In this document: positions 30,565 to 41,621 of the stretch, in pieces | How positions within the stretch are numbered: position 1 is the first letter of the stretch | Layout: the number at the start of each line of letters is the position of its first letter | Source of the DNA: a virus | IMG/VR virus record: IMGVR_UViG_2852409570_000001 | Coordinates: 1,529-65,528 of that record | DNA: 64,000 bases | Direction: 5' to 3' (one strand) | The notes under the pieces: model-generated | What the model was told of the DNA's origin: nothing | The model's input: only the letters and a program-made list of their open reading frames with translations | Databases searched by the model: none | Program-made: the position numbers and the translations under genes

Positions 30565-33504
30565 CTAAAATACTTTACGTCTTTCTTTTTCTTGTTCTTG
30601 AAATTCATTAACATCTGAGTAAATTTCCTTCGCTATTTCTCGTCCGTTTAGATTGATTTGCAAAACAGTTGGGCTTTGTGATGCGTATTGTTGTGCCCCA
30701 GCTTGTTGTACTAATGGTAGCGATCCCATTATTCCATTGGCAATCGCATCGAATGTTTGTTTACGGAGAGGCAAAACAGTTTCGTCATATCCTCTCGCGT
30801 CGCCGACACCAATCAATGTAGGATTACCAGGCTTGATTAAAGCGCCGTTTGCTGCCCATTTGACACTAAATGAAGGAAGCCCCTCACTTGCCCAATTTAT
30901 CGGGTTTAATGATCCATTTACACTAATCTTCGGAACAGGAATGTGAACGCCACTAAACATATTCGCTACACCGTTTTTAATTTTATCAATCCAGCCCATA
31001 ATTCCACTCCAAGCTTCTTTAATAGGATTAATCAGTTTGTCTTTAATTTTCATAGCAGCTTCACCTATATCAATTGCCATACGAACTACAGAAGCGATTG
31101 GTTCCTTAATAAATGTCTTGAAATATCCAACAACAGTAGACCACATGCTACTAATCGTAGAGCCAAAAGAAGATGCGAGCCCTTTCACTGCACCAAAAAT
31201 TTGTTTAACAAACGAAAATTGGATAAGCCCCCAGATTAACTGGATTGCACCGCTGAAGATTTGTTTTATCCCTGCCCACATTCCAGAGAAATCACCAGTT
31301 AAAACAGATGCGAAAAATTTAATAATTCCCATAATGAGATTAACAGCACCCTGGATAATATCTTTTATAGCGTCCCATGCACTTTTTACAATCATCATTA
31401 CAGCTGGCATTACAAAAGCTATAATAGATTGAATGATTGAGAAGGCATTTTTTACAGCTTGTACAATTTGATTTCCGTTTTCTTTCCAAAACGAAGTGAT
31501 TTGAGATATAATCCCATTTACAAACGACATTACATCTGTCAGTAAAGGCATTAAGTAAGGAGCTATTGTATTGAATACACCTTTAATAAAGTCCCAAGTA
31601 GCGCCGATTATTCCCATAATTACTGGTGCTTGCGCTGCTATCAAAGCTTGTACATTTTCTATGAAACTACTCAATTGAGCGTGCACATCCTGAACGAACA
31701 TAATAATATCTGCTTTTTGTTCAGGTGAAAAACCTAACTTATCTAAGAAGTTACTAGCAGATCCCCAATCGCCAGATACGAGAGCTTTCATCGTTTCTAT
31801 ACCATACTGTACAGCGGCGGTAGTTTCTTGTATAAACTGAATTGCATTAGATGAAAAACCTAGTTTAGTAAGGATGTCATACCCTTCAACTAGCGCATCT
31901 CTATCTCCAGTTGCAGCAATCCAGAACTGCTCAATCGCAGCGCCTACTTGTTGGATGATACCAATGGCATTACGAAGTGGTTCGAATACCTTATTCATAG
32001 CTTCTTGCCGTTGACGTGTTTGTTCAATACCTTGTTGAAGTTTTTGATATTCAACCTCAGACTCATCAAGAATTTTATTAGCTTCTTCCTGAGTCATTTT
32101 CCCTTCTTCAACCTTCATTTTTAACTCTTCTTTTTTCTGAGCTAACATACCATCAGCGTTCATCATATCTTCGGCATGCTTCTTAGATAGAGCTAACTTT
32201 TCGTTATACTCTTCTTGCGTTATTTTCCCCTTTTTGAGATTCATATCAAGAACAGCTTTAGATTGAGCTAACTGCTGATCAGTTTGTTGCATTAATTTAG
32301 CTGCTTCGACCGCTTTACCAGATGGATCAAGCCAGTCAGTAAGAGATTTCACTGCGCTATTTGTTCCATTAGTCATAGCAACAAGTGCAGGTTCAACATG
32401 AGAAAATACAACAAGTCCCAAATTCTCTAATCTAGATTTAACTCCGTCAACTGCACCCGATAAGTTGTTGGCCATTGTTTCAGCCATAACTTTGGCAGAA
32501 CCTTCAGAAGTTTCTAGTGTATTTACCATATCATCAAATGCAGGTTGTCCACCCTTGATAACTTGAATCCACCCTGCATAGGCTTCCTCACCGAATATTG
32601 CTTTTGCAGCGGCAATTTGTTGAGATTCAGATAACTTTCCAAATCCGTCATGTAACTGTCCGATGATTTCATTCATTGGTTTCATGTTACCTTCAGAATC
32701 TTTAACAGTTACATTTAATGCAGATAATGATTTAGCAGCCTCTTTTGGTGGTGCTGCTAACCGAGATAAACCAGCACGTAATGCCGTACCAGCCATTGAA
32801 GCTTTAATACCGTTATTTGCAAATATCTGAGCAATTGCGGCAGTTTCTTCAATATTCAAACCAAATGTAGCCGCTACTGGAGCAGCGTATTTCATGGTTT
32901 CGCCCAGCTGCTCAACGTTTAAATTGGCAGTCGCTTGGGCCAGCGCGAATACGTCAGCAGCTCTTCCTGCTTCTGAAGCTTTCATACCAAATGGAGTCAT
33001 TGTATCGGTTACTATATCTGAAGCTTTTGCAAGGTCTAATGCACCAGCTGTCGCTAAGTCAAGTAGCGGTTTACTAGCTGCAATCATTTGGTTGGAGTCC
33101 CAACCTGCAAGGGCCATATATTCATAGGCTTGAGCTACGTTTGTAGCTGACCAACGTGTTTCAGCACCTAATTTACGTGCGTTCGCTCCCAGTTCAGCCA
33201 TTTGTAAAGCATTAGAACCAGAGAGAGCTTCTACTTTTGACATCTGTTGGGTATATTCAGAACCGACTTTTACTACACCAGCAATCGCAGCTCCTACCCC
33301 TACTGTAACACCGACTAATCCACCCATAGCTATAGCAGCACCGCCAACAGAAGAACCTAATCCTACTGCTGCTTGCCCGACTTGTCCGAATCCACGACCT
33401 AAAATACCAGTTGTTCGTTGTCCACTTCTTTCAGCGTTAGCCAATCCTCTTTGTAGCTGATCGTCCTTTAAGAAGATTGATCCAAACATCTTAAATAATT
33501 CCAT
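30565..33504 (-). CDS. Tape measure protein (TP901-like core)
   Basis: AQAYEYMALAGW, LGETMKYAAPVA, GIKASMAGTALR; W-spaced repeats. Confidence 0.95.
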   Translation of the reverse strand: MELFKMFGSIFLKDDQLQRGLANAERSGQRTTGILGRGFGQVGQAAVGLGSSVGGAAIAMGGLVGVTVGVGAAIAGVVKVGSEYTQQMSKVEALSGSNALQMAELGANARKLGAETRWSATNVAQAYEYMALAGWDSNQMIAASKPLLDLATAGALDLAKASDIVTDTMTPFGMKASEAGRAADVFALAQATANLNVEQLGETMKYAAPVAATFGLNIEETAAIAQIFANNGIKASMAGTALRAGLSRLAAPPKEAAKSLSALNVTVKDSEGNMKPMNEIIGQLHDGFGKLSESQQIAAAKAIFGEEAYAGWIQVIKGGQPAFDDMVNTLETSEGSAKVMAETMANNLSGAVDGVKSRLENLGLVVFSHVEPALVAMTNGTNSAVKSLTDWLDPSGKAVEAAKLMQQTDQQLAQSKAVLDMNLKKGKITQEEYNEKLALSKKHAEDMMNADGMLAQKKEELKMKVEEGKMTQEEANKILDESEVEYQKLQQGIEQTRQRQEAMNKVFEPLRNAIGIIQQVGAAIEQFWIAATGDRDALVEGYDILTKLGFSSNAIQFIQETTAAVQYGIETMKALVSGDWGSASNFLDKLGFSPEQKADIIMFVQDVHAQLSSFIENVQALIAAQAPVIMGIIGATWDFIKGVFNTIAPYLMPLLTDVMSFVNGIISQITSFWKENGNQIVQAVKNAFSIIQSIIAFVMPAVMMIVKSAWDAIKDIIQGAVNLIMGIIKFFASVLTGDFSGMWAGIKQIFSGAIQLIWGLIQFSFVKQIFGAVKGLASSFGSTISSMWSTVVGYFKTFIKEPIASVVRMAIDIGEAAMKIKDKLINPIKEAWSGIMGWIDKIKNGVANMFSGVHIPVPKISVNGSLNPINWASEGLPSFSVKWAANGALIKPGNPTLIGVGDARGYDETVLPLRKQTFDAIANGIMGSLPLVQQAGAQQYASQSPTVLQINLNGREIAKEIYSDVNEFQEQEKERRKVF

Positions 33505-33847
33505 CTATTCACCCGCCTTTCCGCGGATTTTCGCAACTCGAGCGAACACTTCTTTTTTCGTGAGTTTCTGTTTCGGTAGTTGTTCGATTAAATCATTGTA
33601 TTGTTGTACCTGTTCTTGCGTTGGATTTTCACGCTTATGTTTAAATTGAGGAAATGTTTCATCGCAGTATGGTTGTAGGGCGCACCATTCTTCCCATAAC
33701 ATGCGGTCCATCTCTTTTTTCTTTGCGGTGAGATACAAATTAATAACTATCTCGGCATCCAAACCACGTATGTACTCCATGTTCGGATAACGAGAAGCTA
33801 ACGTATCGATGAAGTCTATTTCATCAAGTTCACCGCATTGGAAAAAA
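33505..33847 (-). CDS. Tail chaperone GT extension (-1 frame)
   Basis: Frame open from the TTTTTTC site through FFQCGELDEIDFIDTLASRYPN into MEYIRG... Confidence 0.8.
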
Positions 33848-34244
33848 GCTTAACCAGTCCAACTTCTGAGTTTTTAATTGCAGTAAACAACTTCGCTAAC
33901 TCTTCTAGATTTAAAGTTCGTATTGTTTCCCAATCTGGGGATGTTTTTTTACCGTTTTCATCTTCACACACTAATAGATCAGAAATAAACTCGAAAAATT
34001 CTTGCTCAGCTTCTTCTAATCCAAAGATAAACTTCATAATGATGTCGTAACCGAACATCTCTTGTGCAGCTAATACATCTGCTTGTGTTGCACCTTCTTT
34101 ACTTCGTACACCCATCATTAAATCTTTAAGCAAGTTAATATCAACCTTGAATTTTGATTTCTTCAAAATACGAACTACGGAAAATAAATCTCCGCCATGA
34201 ATTTGTCTCACTTTGTATTCTTTTTCTTGAATTGCAATAGTCAC
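33816..34244 (-). CDS. Tail assembly chaperone G
   Basis: Between major tail and tape measure genes; AAGGAGG RBS. Confidence 0.85.
   Translation of the reverse strand: MTIAIQEKEYKVRQIHGGDLFSVVRILKKSKFKVDINLLKDLMMGVRSKEGATQADVLAAQEMFGYDIIMKFIFGLEEAEQEFFEFISDLLVCEDENGKKTSPDWETIRTLNLEELAKLFTAIKNSEVGLVKLFSNAVNLMK
33841..33847 (-). other. -1 ribosomal frameshift slippery site T TTT TTC
   Basis: CTT TTT TCC in the chaperone frame; the -1 frame has a TAA just before and is open after. Confidence 0.8.
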
Positions 34245-34290
34245 ATTTATTCCTCCTTAAAATAAAAAGAGCAGGGATTTCCCCTACTTT

Positions 34291-34884
34291 TTAACCTGCC
34301 GGTATTAATTTTGCTGCTTCTGTCGCTGTTAAAATACGTTTTTTCCATGGTACTTTTCGAATGTTTTCTGGATCACGATGTCCTGTGAATGTTACTTCTG
34401 GAACAACTTCACTCTCATTTTCAAATCCTAGTTCTAATGAACCGTCAGATAATGCGTTATATACGATAATTTCAACAATATCGCCACCTAAAGTTTCGCC
34501 AACCCATGCTACATTTTTAAGATAGCTTTCTTTCGTAAGACGTTCCGTTGCTTCAATTACATCGTATTTGAGGGTTTTTCCATCTTTCGTAACAGTCTCT
34601 TCTGATACTTTTAATCCAGCAATAAAGTTTTTAATTTTATCTTTATCAAGGAATTCAAGTGTTTTAAAACTGATTTGAGTTTTTGATTTCGTAATACGTT
34701 TCATCCCCATAGTGTCACCAGGAGAACCATCATATTCAATTTCTTTAAACTCTGGTTCATACTTAAAAGAACCGCCACCTTGTGTGGCACCTACTGGTAG
34801 TTCATCTTTTTCCCCGTAATTAAAGAAGAATGCCCCCCAGTCTCCGAAGAGAACATTTTCTGGTTTTGGTTGTGGAGCTGCCAT
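34291..34884 (-). CDS. Major tail protein
   Basis: GATQGGG, IEYDG, EVTFTGH; synteny. Confidence 0.88.
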   Translation of the reverse strand: MAAPQPKPENVLFGDWGAFFFNYGEKDELPVGATQGGGSFKYEPEFKEIEYDGSPGDTMGMKRITKSKTQISFKTLEFLDKDKIKNFIAGLKVSEETVTKDGKTLKYDVIEATERLTKESYLKNVAWVGETLGGDIVEIIVYNALSDGSLELGFENESEVVPEVTFTGHRDPENIRKVPWKKRILTATEAAKLIPAG

Positions 34885-34898
34885 ATAATCAACCCTTT

Positions 34899-35261
34899 CT
34901 ATTGTTTAAAATAAGTTCTTAAAATGAACCGCACTTCTTTGCGTATGATATTTGGGTCTGAATCAGGTACTTTCTGACTCGAAAGATAAGAAATAGCAGC
35001 ACCAAATTCAGCGCTGCTTAATCTTTTTCTATGAAGATTGCTTTCTAGTTTCGTAATCAGTTCATCTATTTGAGCAAGATGAGCAGAAGTACCGTAAATA
35101 TCAATTGTAAGCATGATATTTTTTCTTCCCCATGGTTCTTTATCATCATTAACCATGTACACCAAATAAGGCATTACAGCGGTTGTTTTAGCGATTTCAT
35201 AATACGTTTCTTTATGAATCTGTTTTAATTCACTGTGTAATATATTTATAAAGTCATTCAT
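34899..35261 (-). CDS. Tail terminator/completion protein
   Basis: PYLVY, TIDIYG; synteny. Confidence 0.8.
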   Translation of the reverse strand: MNDFINILHSELKQIHKETYYEIAKTTAVMPYLVYMVNDDKEPWGRKNIMLTIDIYGTSAHLAQIDELITKLESNLHRKRLSSAEFGAAISYLSSQKVPDSDPNIIRKEVRFILRTYFKQ

Positions 35262-35266
35262 GCTAT

Positions 35267-35674
35267 CTACCTCATTAACGACGAATAGGTTCGCGTGCCA
35301 ACTTGTGTAATTTGCGGTTTATTGCTCTCTGCTGCTGGTCTAAGAAAAGGCTGTGCATGTTGCCCTTGAGTTTTAACCATCTTCCCTGTTTTAGGGTCAC
35401 GGTACATCCAAGGAGTTTTACGCCCATCACCGTCTACAGCATAGATTCCTGTTCCCTTCTCAACATAAATACCATGATCAGCAGAAGTACCGATAACAAC
35501 TTTTTCTTGCTCTGCTTTAGAACTAATGCTTCTTCTTAAATTGCCAGTGTCGACAGCAGCAAGTAATTTAGCTTTAGAAGATACAAATTTACCAATAGCA
35601 GTATGAGCTGCTTTCTTTGCAGCCAAATGTCTCGCCATAACAGCGGCTCTATTGGATTGGAATTTCATGCTCAT
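35267..35674 (-). CDS. HK97 gp10-like tail component
   Basis: VDTGNLRRSI, YVEKGTG, QPFLRPA. Confidence 0.9.
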   Translation of the reverse strand: MSMKFQSNRAAVMARHLAAKKAAHTAIGKFVSSKAKLLAAVDTGNLRRSISSKAEQEKVVIGTSADHGIYVEKGTGIYAVDGDGRKTPWMYRDPKTGKMVKTQGQHAQPFLRPAAESNKPQITQVGTRTYSSLMR

Positions 35675-35993
35675 ATGGCAACATCTCCAATTCTATTTGA
35701 AAGAATCTACCCGCATTCATTGGATCGCCCGGATAAGTAACGCTGTATACCTTCTTATCGATAACTAATCTATCTTGAATAGTTACGTCGAAAAGCATGC
35801 AGTAAAAGAAATGTGTGCTTTTCTCTTCTATTTTTTTATTGCGAGCATCCTTTGTCCCTTGGATAGCATCCAATACACCTTTAACAGTATTGATTTCTTT
35901 CCATTCTTCTGTTGGATATGGTCCATCATCAGAACCAGCGTTGCGAAGTACTGTAGCATCTTTTCCAAACTTGCGTATCATTGACTGAATCAT
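35649..35993 (-). CDS. Head-closure/head-tail adaptor
   Basis: Synteny; DRLVID..YSV..PGDPMNAG. Confidence 0.78.
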   Translation of the reverse strand: MIQSMIRKFGKDATVLRNAGSDDGPYPTEEWKEINTVKGVLDAIQGTKDARNKKIEEKSTHFFYCMLFDVTIQDRLVIDKKVYSVTYPGDPMNAGRFFQIELEMLPYEHEIPIQ

Positions 35994-36301
35994 CGAACAC
36001 GTAACCTCACTTTCAGCCCCTTTGTGACGCTTGCTGGATAATCTCCCACATCATCATAAGTAACAGAATAGTTACCTAACGATTCACTTTTCTTTCCTTC
36101 TCTCTCGTGCTCCATATACTGATGAACCACCATTTTAGCGATGATACCAATATAAGCAGGAGGGAATTCAGGAATAGTTCTATTGGTGTACTCAGCAACC
36201 ATTAACATTGTATCTTCAATGCTTATTAATAAATTTTCATCACTTATATTAGGTACTTGCAGTTTTACACGTTTTAAAATTTCTGCTTTCATATCTTTCA
36301 T
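35990..36301 (-). CDS. Head-tail connector
   Basis: KKSESLGNYSVTY. Confidence 0.82.
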   Translation of the reverse strand: MKDMKAEILKRVKLQVPNISDENLLISIEDTMLMVAEYTNRTIPEFPPAYIGIIAKMVVHQYMEHEREGKKSESLGNYSVTYDDVGDYPASVTKGLKVRLRVR

Positions 36302-36344
36302 CTAATCACCTACTTACGTAAAAGAAAAAAATGGAGAAGGCTTA

Positions 36345-37190
36345 TTAAGCCCCTCCACCTGGTTTTTCCGGAGTAATTGATGTAACTGTAGCTGTAAGTA
36401 CCGCTATTGACTCTTGACGAAGGATATCTCCACCATAAACCATAAGACCACGAATACCATCTGCAAAGGAATTTTGCAGACGTTGTGCCTCTGTTTCAGT
36501 TAACTGTGTCCCGTATCCAATGGCAGACTTATGAAGACCTAAAATTTTATACTTACCACTAGTACCGTGAATTTCTTCTGATACAACGATTTGTGATCCA
36601 TTAATAATCTGTCCTTCAACAATACCATTTTCTAAAACAACAGGTTGCTTAGTAAAGCGATCATCTTTAGATAATAAACCTAAAACCTGAGAATTGATGA
36701 TTGTGAATCGTTCAGTTTTAGGAACCTTTTTAATATTTAAAATCGTATTTAAGTCTACAATGTAATCATATGCATTTTTAGGTGATAACTCAATTGGACT
36801 AGAGTCACTCCCAATTGTATGAGTTTTATGAGCGCCTTTATAAAGCCCTAATACGAATGTATCAACGGTTTCCTGAAGTACCGCTCCTGCCTCTTGTGTA
36901 TGTGGGTCGATTAAATCTCCAGCAGCCTGAACTGCATCTACATCATCAACTTTGAAAGCAAAATACTTTTGTTGATCCATATTAATTTCTACTTTAGAAG
37001 GGTTAGTATCATCCCATTCGATTGTACCATTATAATCTTTTACATTTACTGCGCCTACACGATTAAAGATAATCTTATTACCTTCGATTTTCGTTGGCGT
37101 TGTTGTAATTAAATCCGCAATAGAACGCTTGTGAAAGTTCGCCATCAAGCGCGCTTCCCAAATTGTTGGAATAAAAGTTGATACTGACAT
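36345..37190 (-). CDS. Major capsid protein
   Basis: FIPTIWEARL, IDQQKYFAFKVDDVD-type motif, FADGIRGLMVYG; follows the scaffold gene. Confidence 0.9.
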   Translation of the reverse strand: MSVSTFIPTIWEARLMANFHKRSIADLITTTPTKIEGNKIIFNRVGAVNVKDYNGTIEWDDTNPSKVEINMDQQKYFAFKVDDVDAVQAAGDLIDPHTQEAGAVLQETVDTFVLGLYKGAHKTHTIGSDSSPIELSPKNAYDYIVDLNTILNIKKVPKTERFTIINSQVLGLLSKDDRFTKQPVVLENGIVEGQIINGSQIVVSEEIHGTSGKYKILGLHKSAIGYGTQLTETEAQRLQNSFADGIRGLMVYGGDILRQESIAVLTATVTSITPEKPGGGA

Positions 37191-37307
37191 ATATTAATTC
37201 CTCCTTAATGTTTTTCCATAACAAAAGAGATTACTAAACTAGCAATCTCTTTTGTTCGTTTTATATTTTTTTGACTGTACCATTCAAATCACTTAACTTT
37301 CCTAGTG

Positions 37308-38039
37308 CTACTTACCCCAATTGCGCATATCCTTCTGAATTTGTGGCCAGTTCGCATTAATTTCAGCTTGACTCATTGAATTTACTTGTTCTCTCGTAAA
37401 TCCCCCTCCAGTTCCGCCACTAACATGGATTTCTCGGCCAGCAGCTTTAAACTTTTCAGCCACTTTTACTTCTAATGCACTAGAGAATAAATCATTAAAC
37501 TTTGACACCCTAACTTTTGTATCTTCTACATCTGAACCAATAACAAAATCTACAAATTTAAGATCCAATCCAACCGCTGATAAACCATCTGATGCAACAC
37601 TCTGCATTTCTTTCTGATGAAGTACTCTTTCTCGCTCTTCTAGTTGTTCCTGAAGTTGCTTCATCTCATATTCAGCTTTCTCTTGGGCAGTCATAGACGC
37701 GGTTTTATAGTTCTCTAATTCCTTCTTTGTTGCATTCAGTTCTTTCGAATATTTAGAGCGCACTCTATCTTCCGCTGATTGTACCATCTTCTCAATAAAT
37801 GTTTTTGTTGCATCATCTAATTTCGGTTCTTTTTGTTCACCAACTGGCGGTTCTTTTTGCTCTTCAACTAGTGAATCTTTTATATCATCCGCAGGTGATG
37901 TTTGTTCATTCTGTAGTGTCTCATCTGCAGGTATTACAGGATCAGAAAAGAATTGCAGATTTGATAAACGAAACGGTAACTTTGTTAGTTCTCTTTCTTT
38001 TAAAAACTGTACTTCCGCTTGCTTTTGTAATTGTTTCAT
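37308..38039 (-). CDS. Capsid scaffolding protein (DUF4355-like)
   Basis: NLQFFSD, acidic linker, MTAQEKAEYE coiled coil. Confidence 0.85.
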   Translation of the reverse strand: MKQLQKQAEVQFLKERELTKLPFRLSNLQFFSDPVIPADETLQNEQTSPADDIKDSLVEEQKEPPVGEQKEPKLDDATKTFIEKMVQSAEDRVRSKYSKELNATKKELENYKTASMTAQEKAEYEMKQLQEQLEERERVLHQKEMQSVASDGLSAVGLDLKFVDFVIGSDVEDTKVRVSKFNDLFSSALEVKVAEKFKAAGREIHVSGGTGGGFTREQVNSMSQAEINANWPQIQKDMRNWGK

Positions 38040-38113
38040 TATTATTCCTCCTCTGAGTTCCTATAATTGCGCCCTATTAAGTTCGTAATCTATAAGCCCT
38101 CAAGTGTTTTTTA

Positions 38114-39040
38114 TTATTCAAGAGAGTCTTTCCATTCTTCATAACTAACTGCGGTAATAACCTCATTCTTACCTGTAGTTGGGTTTCTGGCCCTTCTCTC
38201 AATAAATGGGCTAACATCCGCTACCTCAGTAATGAAAGTACAGCGGCATCGTACAACTTCTTTAGCAGGTAAATTACTATCATGTGGATATTCGCAACTA
38301 TAACCACCGACTTTAAATAATCCTTTAAACGGTACTTTTTGATGATCTGCTGCTTGGTGAGTGGGACGCGTACGTTTATCTAATGTAGCAATCCAAATCT
38401 TCTTCATTGATACACCTTCATCAAAAGCGTGAGAAGCACTGTCATAAGTACCTAAGTTTTGCACCCTAGCACTTTCTGTCCAAGCGACCATTTGGGCTTT
38501 CTTCGCATCACCATCAAGTATCGGCTTAATCCGATTTGCCATTGTTGCATATCCTTCGCCTTTTCTAAGACCGATAGATAACTCCCTGCGTATTCGGTTA
38601 ACTATCTGTACTCGATGTGTACTTAACCTTTGATTGAGTGTCATTTTATCGATTGGCATTTGTACCGCTCGTTTAATGACATTCGGGTCAATAAGACCAT
38701 ACGAAAGAGCCACGCCGACTTCTTTCTCGATGAGATAACTCGTATAATAAAAAGACTCTCCATACTGATTGGAGAGCGTTTCATTGAGAGTTTTCTTTTT
38801 CTCATATGTTATTTCATTAATTACTTGTTGCAGTTCACTTTGCATGCTCTTATATCGATTGAATCGGCGCATTTCCTGCATACTCAACTGCTCATTTACG
38901 GCATATTTGGCATAATAAAAAGCCAGTATTCCTCTGACTTCTTCTAAAGCATCTTTATACAGGTAGAGAATCGCCTTTTCCAGTTCGTCCTCTATCTTTT
39001 GGAGGTGTTTCTGCTTCTTGTCCCATTCCATTAGGCTCAC
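38114..39040 (-). CDS. Minor head protein (SPP1 gp7 / Mu F-like)
   Basis: LDKRTRPTH, PH...RCRC. Confidence 0.9.
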   Translation of the reverse strand: MSLMEWDKKQKHLQKIEDELEKAILYLYKDALEEVRGILAFYYAKYAVNEQLSMQEMRRFNRYKSMQSELQQVINEITYEKKKTLNETLSNQYGESFYYTSYLIEKEVGVALSYGLIDPNVIKRAVQMPIDKMTLNQRLSTHRVQIVNRIRRELSIGLRKGEGYATMANRIKPILDGDAKKAQMVAWTESARVQNLGTYDSASHAFDEGVSMKKIWIATLDKRTRPTHQAADHQKVPFKGLFKVGGYSCEYPHDSNLPAKEVVRCRCTFITEVADVSPFIERRARNPTTGKNEVITAVSYEEWKDSLE

Positions 39041-40379
39041 CTACCTTGTCGAGATTCATGGAATCCGCTTCTTCTTCCTGCATCTTCTGTATTTCCGCTT
39101 TCGGATCAGAAACAACAGATAACATAGATAATCGTGTTTCTTCACTTACTAAACCTTGTAGTTTAGACTGCACATCAGCTTCATCAGCTAAGTTGGCTGG
39201 AAGGTTTCGCGTAAATTGAAACGTCATACAAAGGTAGTCTAGTTCTCTTTTATTTGAGCGTAAGTTCCAAGCATCAAACAATAACTTAAATTGTTGTCGC
39301 AATGACTTAGTAAACTTCATTTCTAATGTTCCTGATTTAGTTTCTAAAGCTAATAACTTGTAACGAATAGCAACACCAGTAAGATTACCACCAAATGATT
39401 CATCAGAAAGGTTCACATGCTTTGTGAAACGGCATATATTCTTTTCTAATCTGTCAAGATGGTGTTCTAAGATGTTGTCATTAAGGTCCTTAGTTAAGAA
39501 AGAAGCCTCACCATCTTCACCTACATCAAGAGCACCAGTTTTTCTTAGCTTCTCGATAGTATCATCATCTATATCAACGCCTTTAAAGATCATATAAGCC
39601 AGACGAAACTGTTCAATCTCACTGTTTACATCGGAAAACGAACGGTCATAACCTTCAATAAGGGAAATAGCTTTATCTACATCGCCTTGTAATTCTTCAT
39701 TATTAGGAAACCCAATAAGTGGCACACCTTTAAATAAGTTAGGAATACGGTCAGTCTCTGTTAACTTATCTAAATCTTCACCAGTGTACTCAATAATGTT
39801 TGTTTCATTGTAAAACTCTACTTTGTAACCATCCTTGAAATCATCACCATCAATTACTTTGATTGGATAGCAGCGTATAGCGTATTTAGGTTCTGCAATG
39901 CTTGAATTCGTAAGAAATATAGCTTCGTAAGGTTTGATATTCATAACCTTTTCGATGCCTTCTTTATCGTGATACAGTAGTCTCGCTCCGTATCCACAAA
40001 TAGAAGCGAACTTCCCTGTTTCTGCGTCAGCATCCTCAGTATGATTCGCTTTTAAAAAGTCCTGAATACGTTTCAATACTTCATCATCTTCATGATCTAA
40101 GCTGTATGAGATAGGCAACCCAAACATATAACCGATTTTTGTATCGATAATTTCAGAAAAGAAGTCATTGTTTAGCTTATTGTTAACCTTGTCTTTATTA
40201 CCATCACCTTTAAACTCGCGAGTAAAGATAGGCACTCCCTTTTCACTTGCTTTGTATCGCTCGTACCTGTTAATCATACGTTGTTTTAATGGTTCAAACT
40301 CATCAATAATTTTTTTTAGTAACTTTGAGGTAGGCTCGCCATTCTGTTCATCCAGCAACGGAATATAGTGTTCAAACAT
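38955..40379 (-). CDS. SPP1-type portal protein
   Basis: IIDTKIGYMFG, NLTGVAIRYKL, VSEETRLSML. Confidence 0.93.
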   Translation of the reverse strand: MFEHYIPLLDEQNGEPTSKLLKKIIDEFEPLKQRMINRYERYKASEKGVPIFTREFKGDGNKDKVNNKLNNDFFSEIIDTKIGYMFGLPISYSLDHEDDEVLKRIQDFLKANHTEDADAETGKFASICGYGARLLYHDKEGIEKVMNIKPYEAIFLTNSSIAEPKYAIRCYPIKVIDGDDFKDGYKVEFYNETNIIEYTGEDLDKLTETDRIPNLFKGVPLIGFPNNEELQGDVDKAISLIEGYDRSFSDVNSEIEQFRLAYMIFKGVDIDDDTIEKLRKTGALDVGEDGEASFLTKDLNDNILEHHLDRLEKNICRFTKHVNLSDESFGGNLTGVAIRYKLLALETKSGTLEMKFTKSLRQQFKLLFDAWNLRSNKRELDYLCMTFQFTRNLPANLADEADVQSKLQGLVSEETRLSMLSVVSDPKAEIQKMQEEEADSMNLDKVGEPNGMGQEAETPPKDRGRTGKGDSLPV

Positions 40380-40391
40380 CGTCTCACCTCC

Positions 40392-41621
40392 TTAATAAAT
40401 TGATTTAACAGCTCTTGCTTTTCTATTTTCACTTTTCTCTGTATAAATAGCATATCGTACAGCATCTAATACATCGTCCCATTCCTTCACTGGTTCACCT
40501 GTTTTCTCATTCCAAACATACATGAATACTTCTTTCTTAAATCGCTCCACACGCTCAGATACAGCCTTGAAGCTTTCTGTTTTGATGTACTTTGCAACCA
40601 TTTCTATACCAGATAAGACAGATTTATCAGCGTTTCTTGCTCGTAATCCCTCTCGTTTGAATCGTTTTATATGTTCAGGCCTTGCACTGTCACAATAAAA
40701 AAAGATGTTACCATAGCGTGATTTTACGTCTTTAGCGACACCTACCCAGAAATCTATTTCTTCATGTTGTTTTGCATGTTCTTCTAAAAGGTATAGATTC
40801 TCTTCATCATCTTCACCAATAACAACAATGGAGCCAAAATGCTCGTAACCCCAATCGACACCAGCGAAGTATTTCGTGAATTTAATATCTTTTAGATCAG
40901 TTTCTTCTATATAATGTACATCCTTATTAAAGTCTTTATATACAACTCCATCAGCACTGCACCATAATCCCTTTATGTTACGGTCATAAAACATTCCTTC
41001 AGGAGTAGAAGCTTTAATACGCTCTCTGTATCTTTCGTTTAAGAATGTATTATCATCTAATTCGTATTGAAATGCTTTGATTGTTACGTTGTCGTCTTTA
41101 TCAATGTAATCGACTTTAAGCCAATGTTCCGGATGATCTGGGTTCGTATCGACTAATATACGAGCACCTTCACCACTACAACGTGATTTAATCTCATCGA
41201 ATACATCTTTATTAGCAAGAGAACCTTCATTCACATAAGCGCCGTAAGCAGTCATACCACGAATAGTATCTAAATGGCTTATCTTAGAATGACCCGTGCA
41301 ACAAACAAGAACGCCAAATAATTTAAAACGATTGTATTTATCCATTTGAAAATCAAGTCCATACTTATTTGTAAGTTCAATGAGTACGTTCTTTGCTAAT
41401 GTACCTAATGATGCGCCAGCCAATATATACTGTGGTAAATCTACACCTTCATTATCAGCAATTCTTCTTACTCGTCTTAACTCAGCAAGGAACAAATCAT
41501 TGTTTAAGATTGTTTTACCAGTACGTTTAGCTCCATGCTGTATTAACATGAAGTAGTCATTGTTATAAACGTAATTCAATACTTGTTGTTGCTTTTTGTT
41601 ATATAGCTCGTTCATGCTCAT
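40392..41621 (-). CDS. terL: Terminase large subunit, PBSX family
   Basis: GAKRTGKT Walker A, DTNPDHP, GVDWGYEH, DDVLDAVRYA. Confidence 0.95.
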   Translation of the reverse strand: MSMNELYNKKQQQVLNYVYNNDYFMLIQHGAKRTGKTILNNDLFLAELRRVRRIADNEGVDLPQYILAGASLGTLAKNVLIELTNKYGLDFQMDKYNRFKLFGVLVCCTGHSKISHLDTIRGMTAYGAYVNEGSLANKDVFDEIKSRCSGEGARILVDTNPDHPEHWLKVDYIDKDDNVTIKAFQYELDDNTFLNERYRERIKASTPEGMFYDRNIKGLWCSADGVVYKDFNKDVHYIEETDLKDIKFTKYFAGVDWGYEHFGSIVVIGEDDEENLYLLEEHAKQHEEIDFWVGVAKDVKSRYGNIFFYCDSARPEHIKRFKREGLRARNADKSVLSGIEMVAKYIKTESFKAVSERVERFKKEVFMYVWNEKTGEPVKEWDDVLDAVRYAIYTEKSENRKARAVKSIY

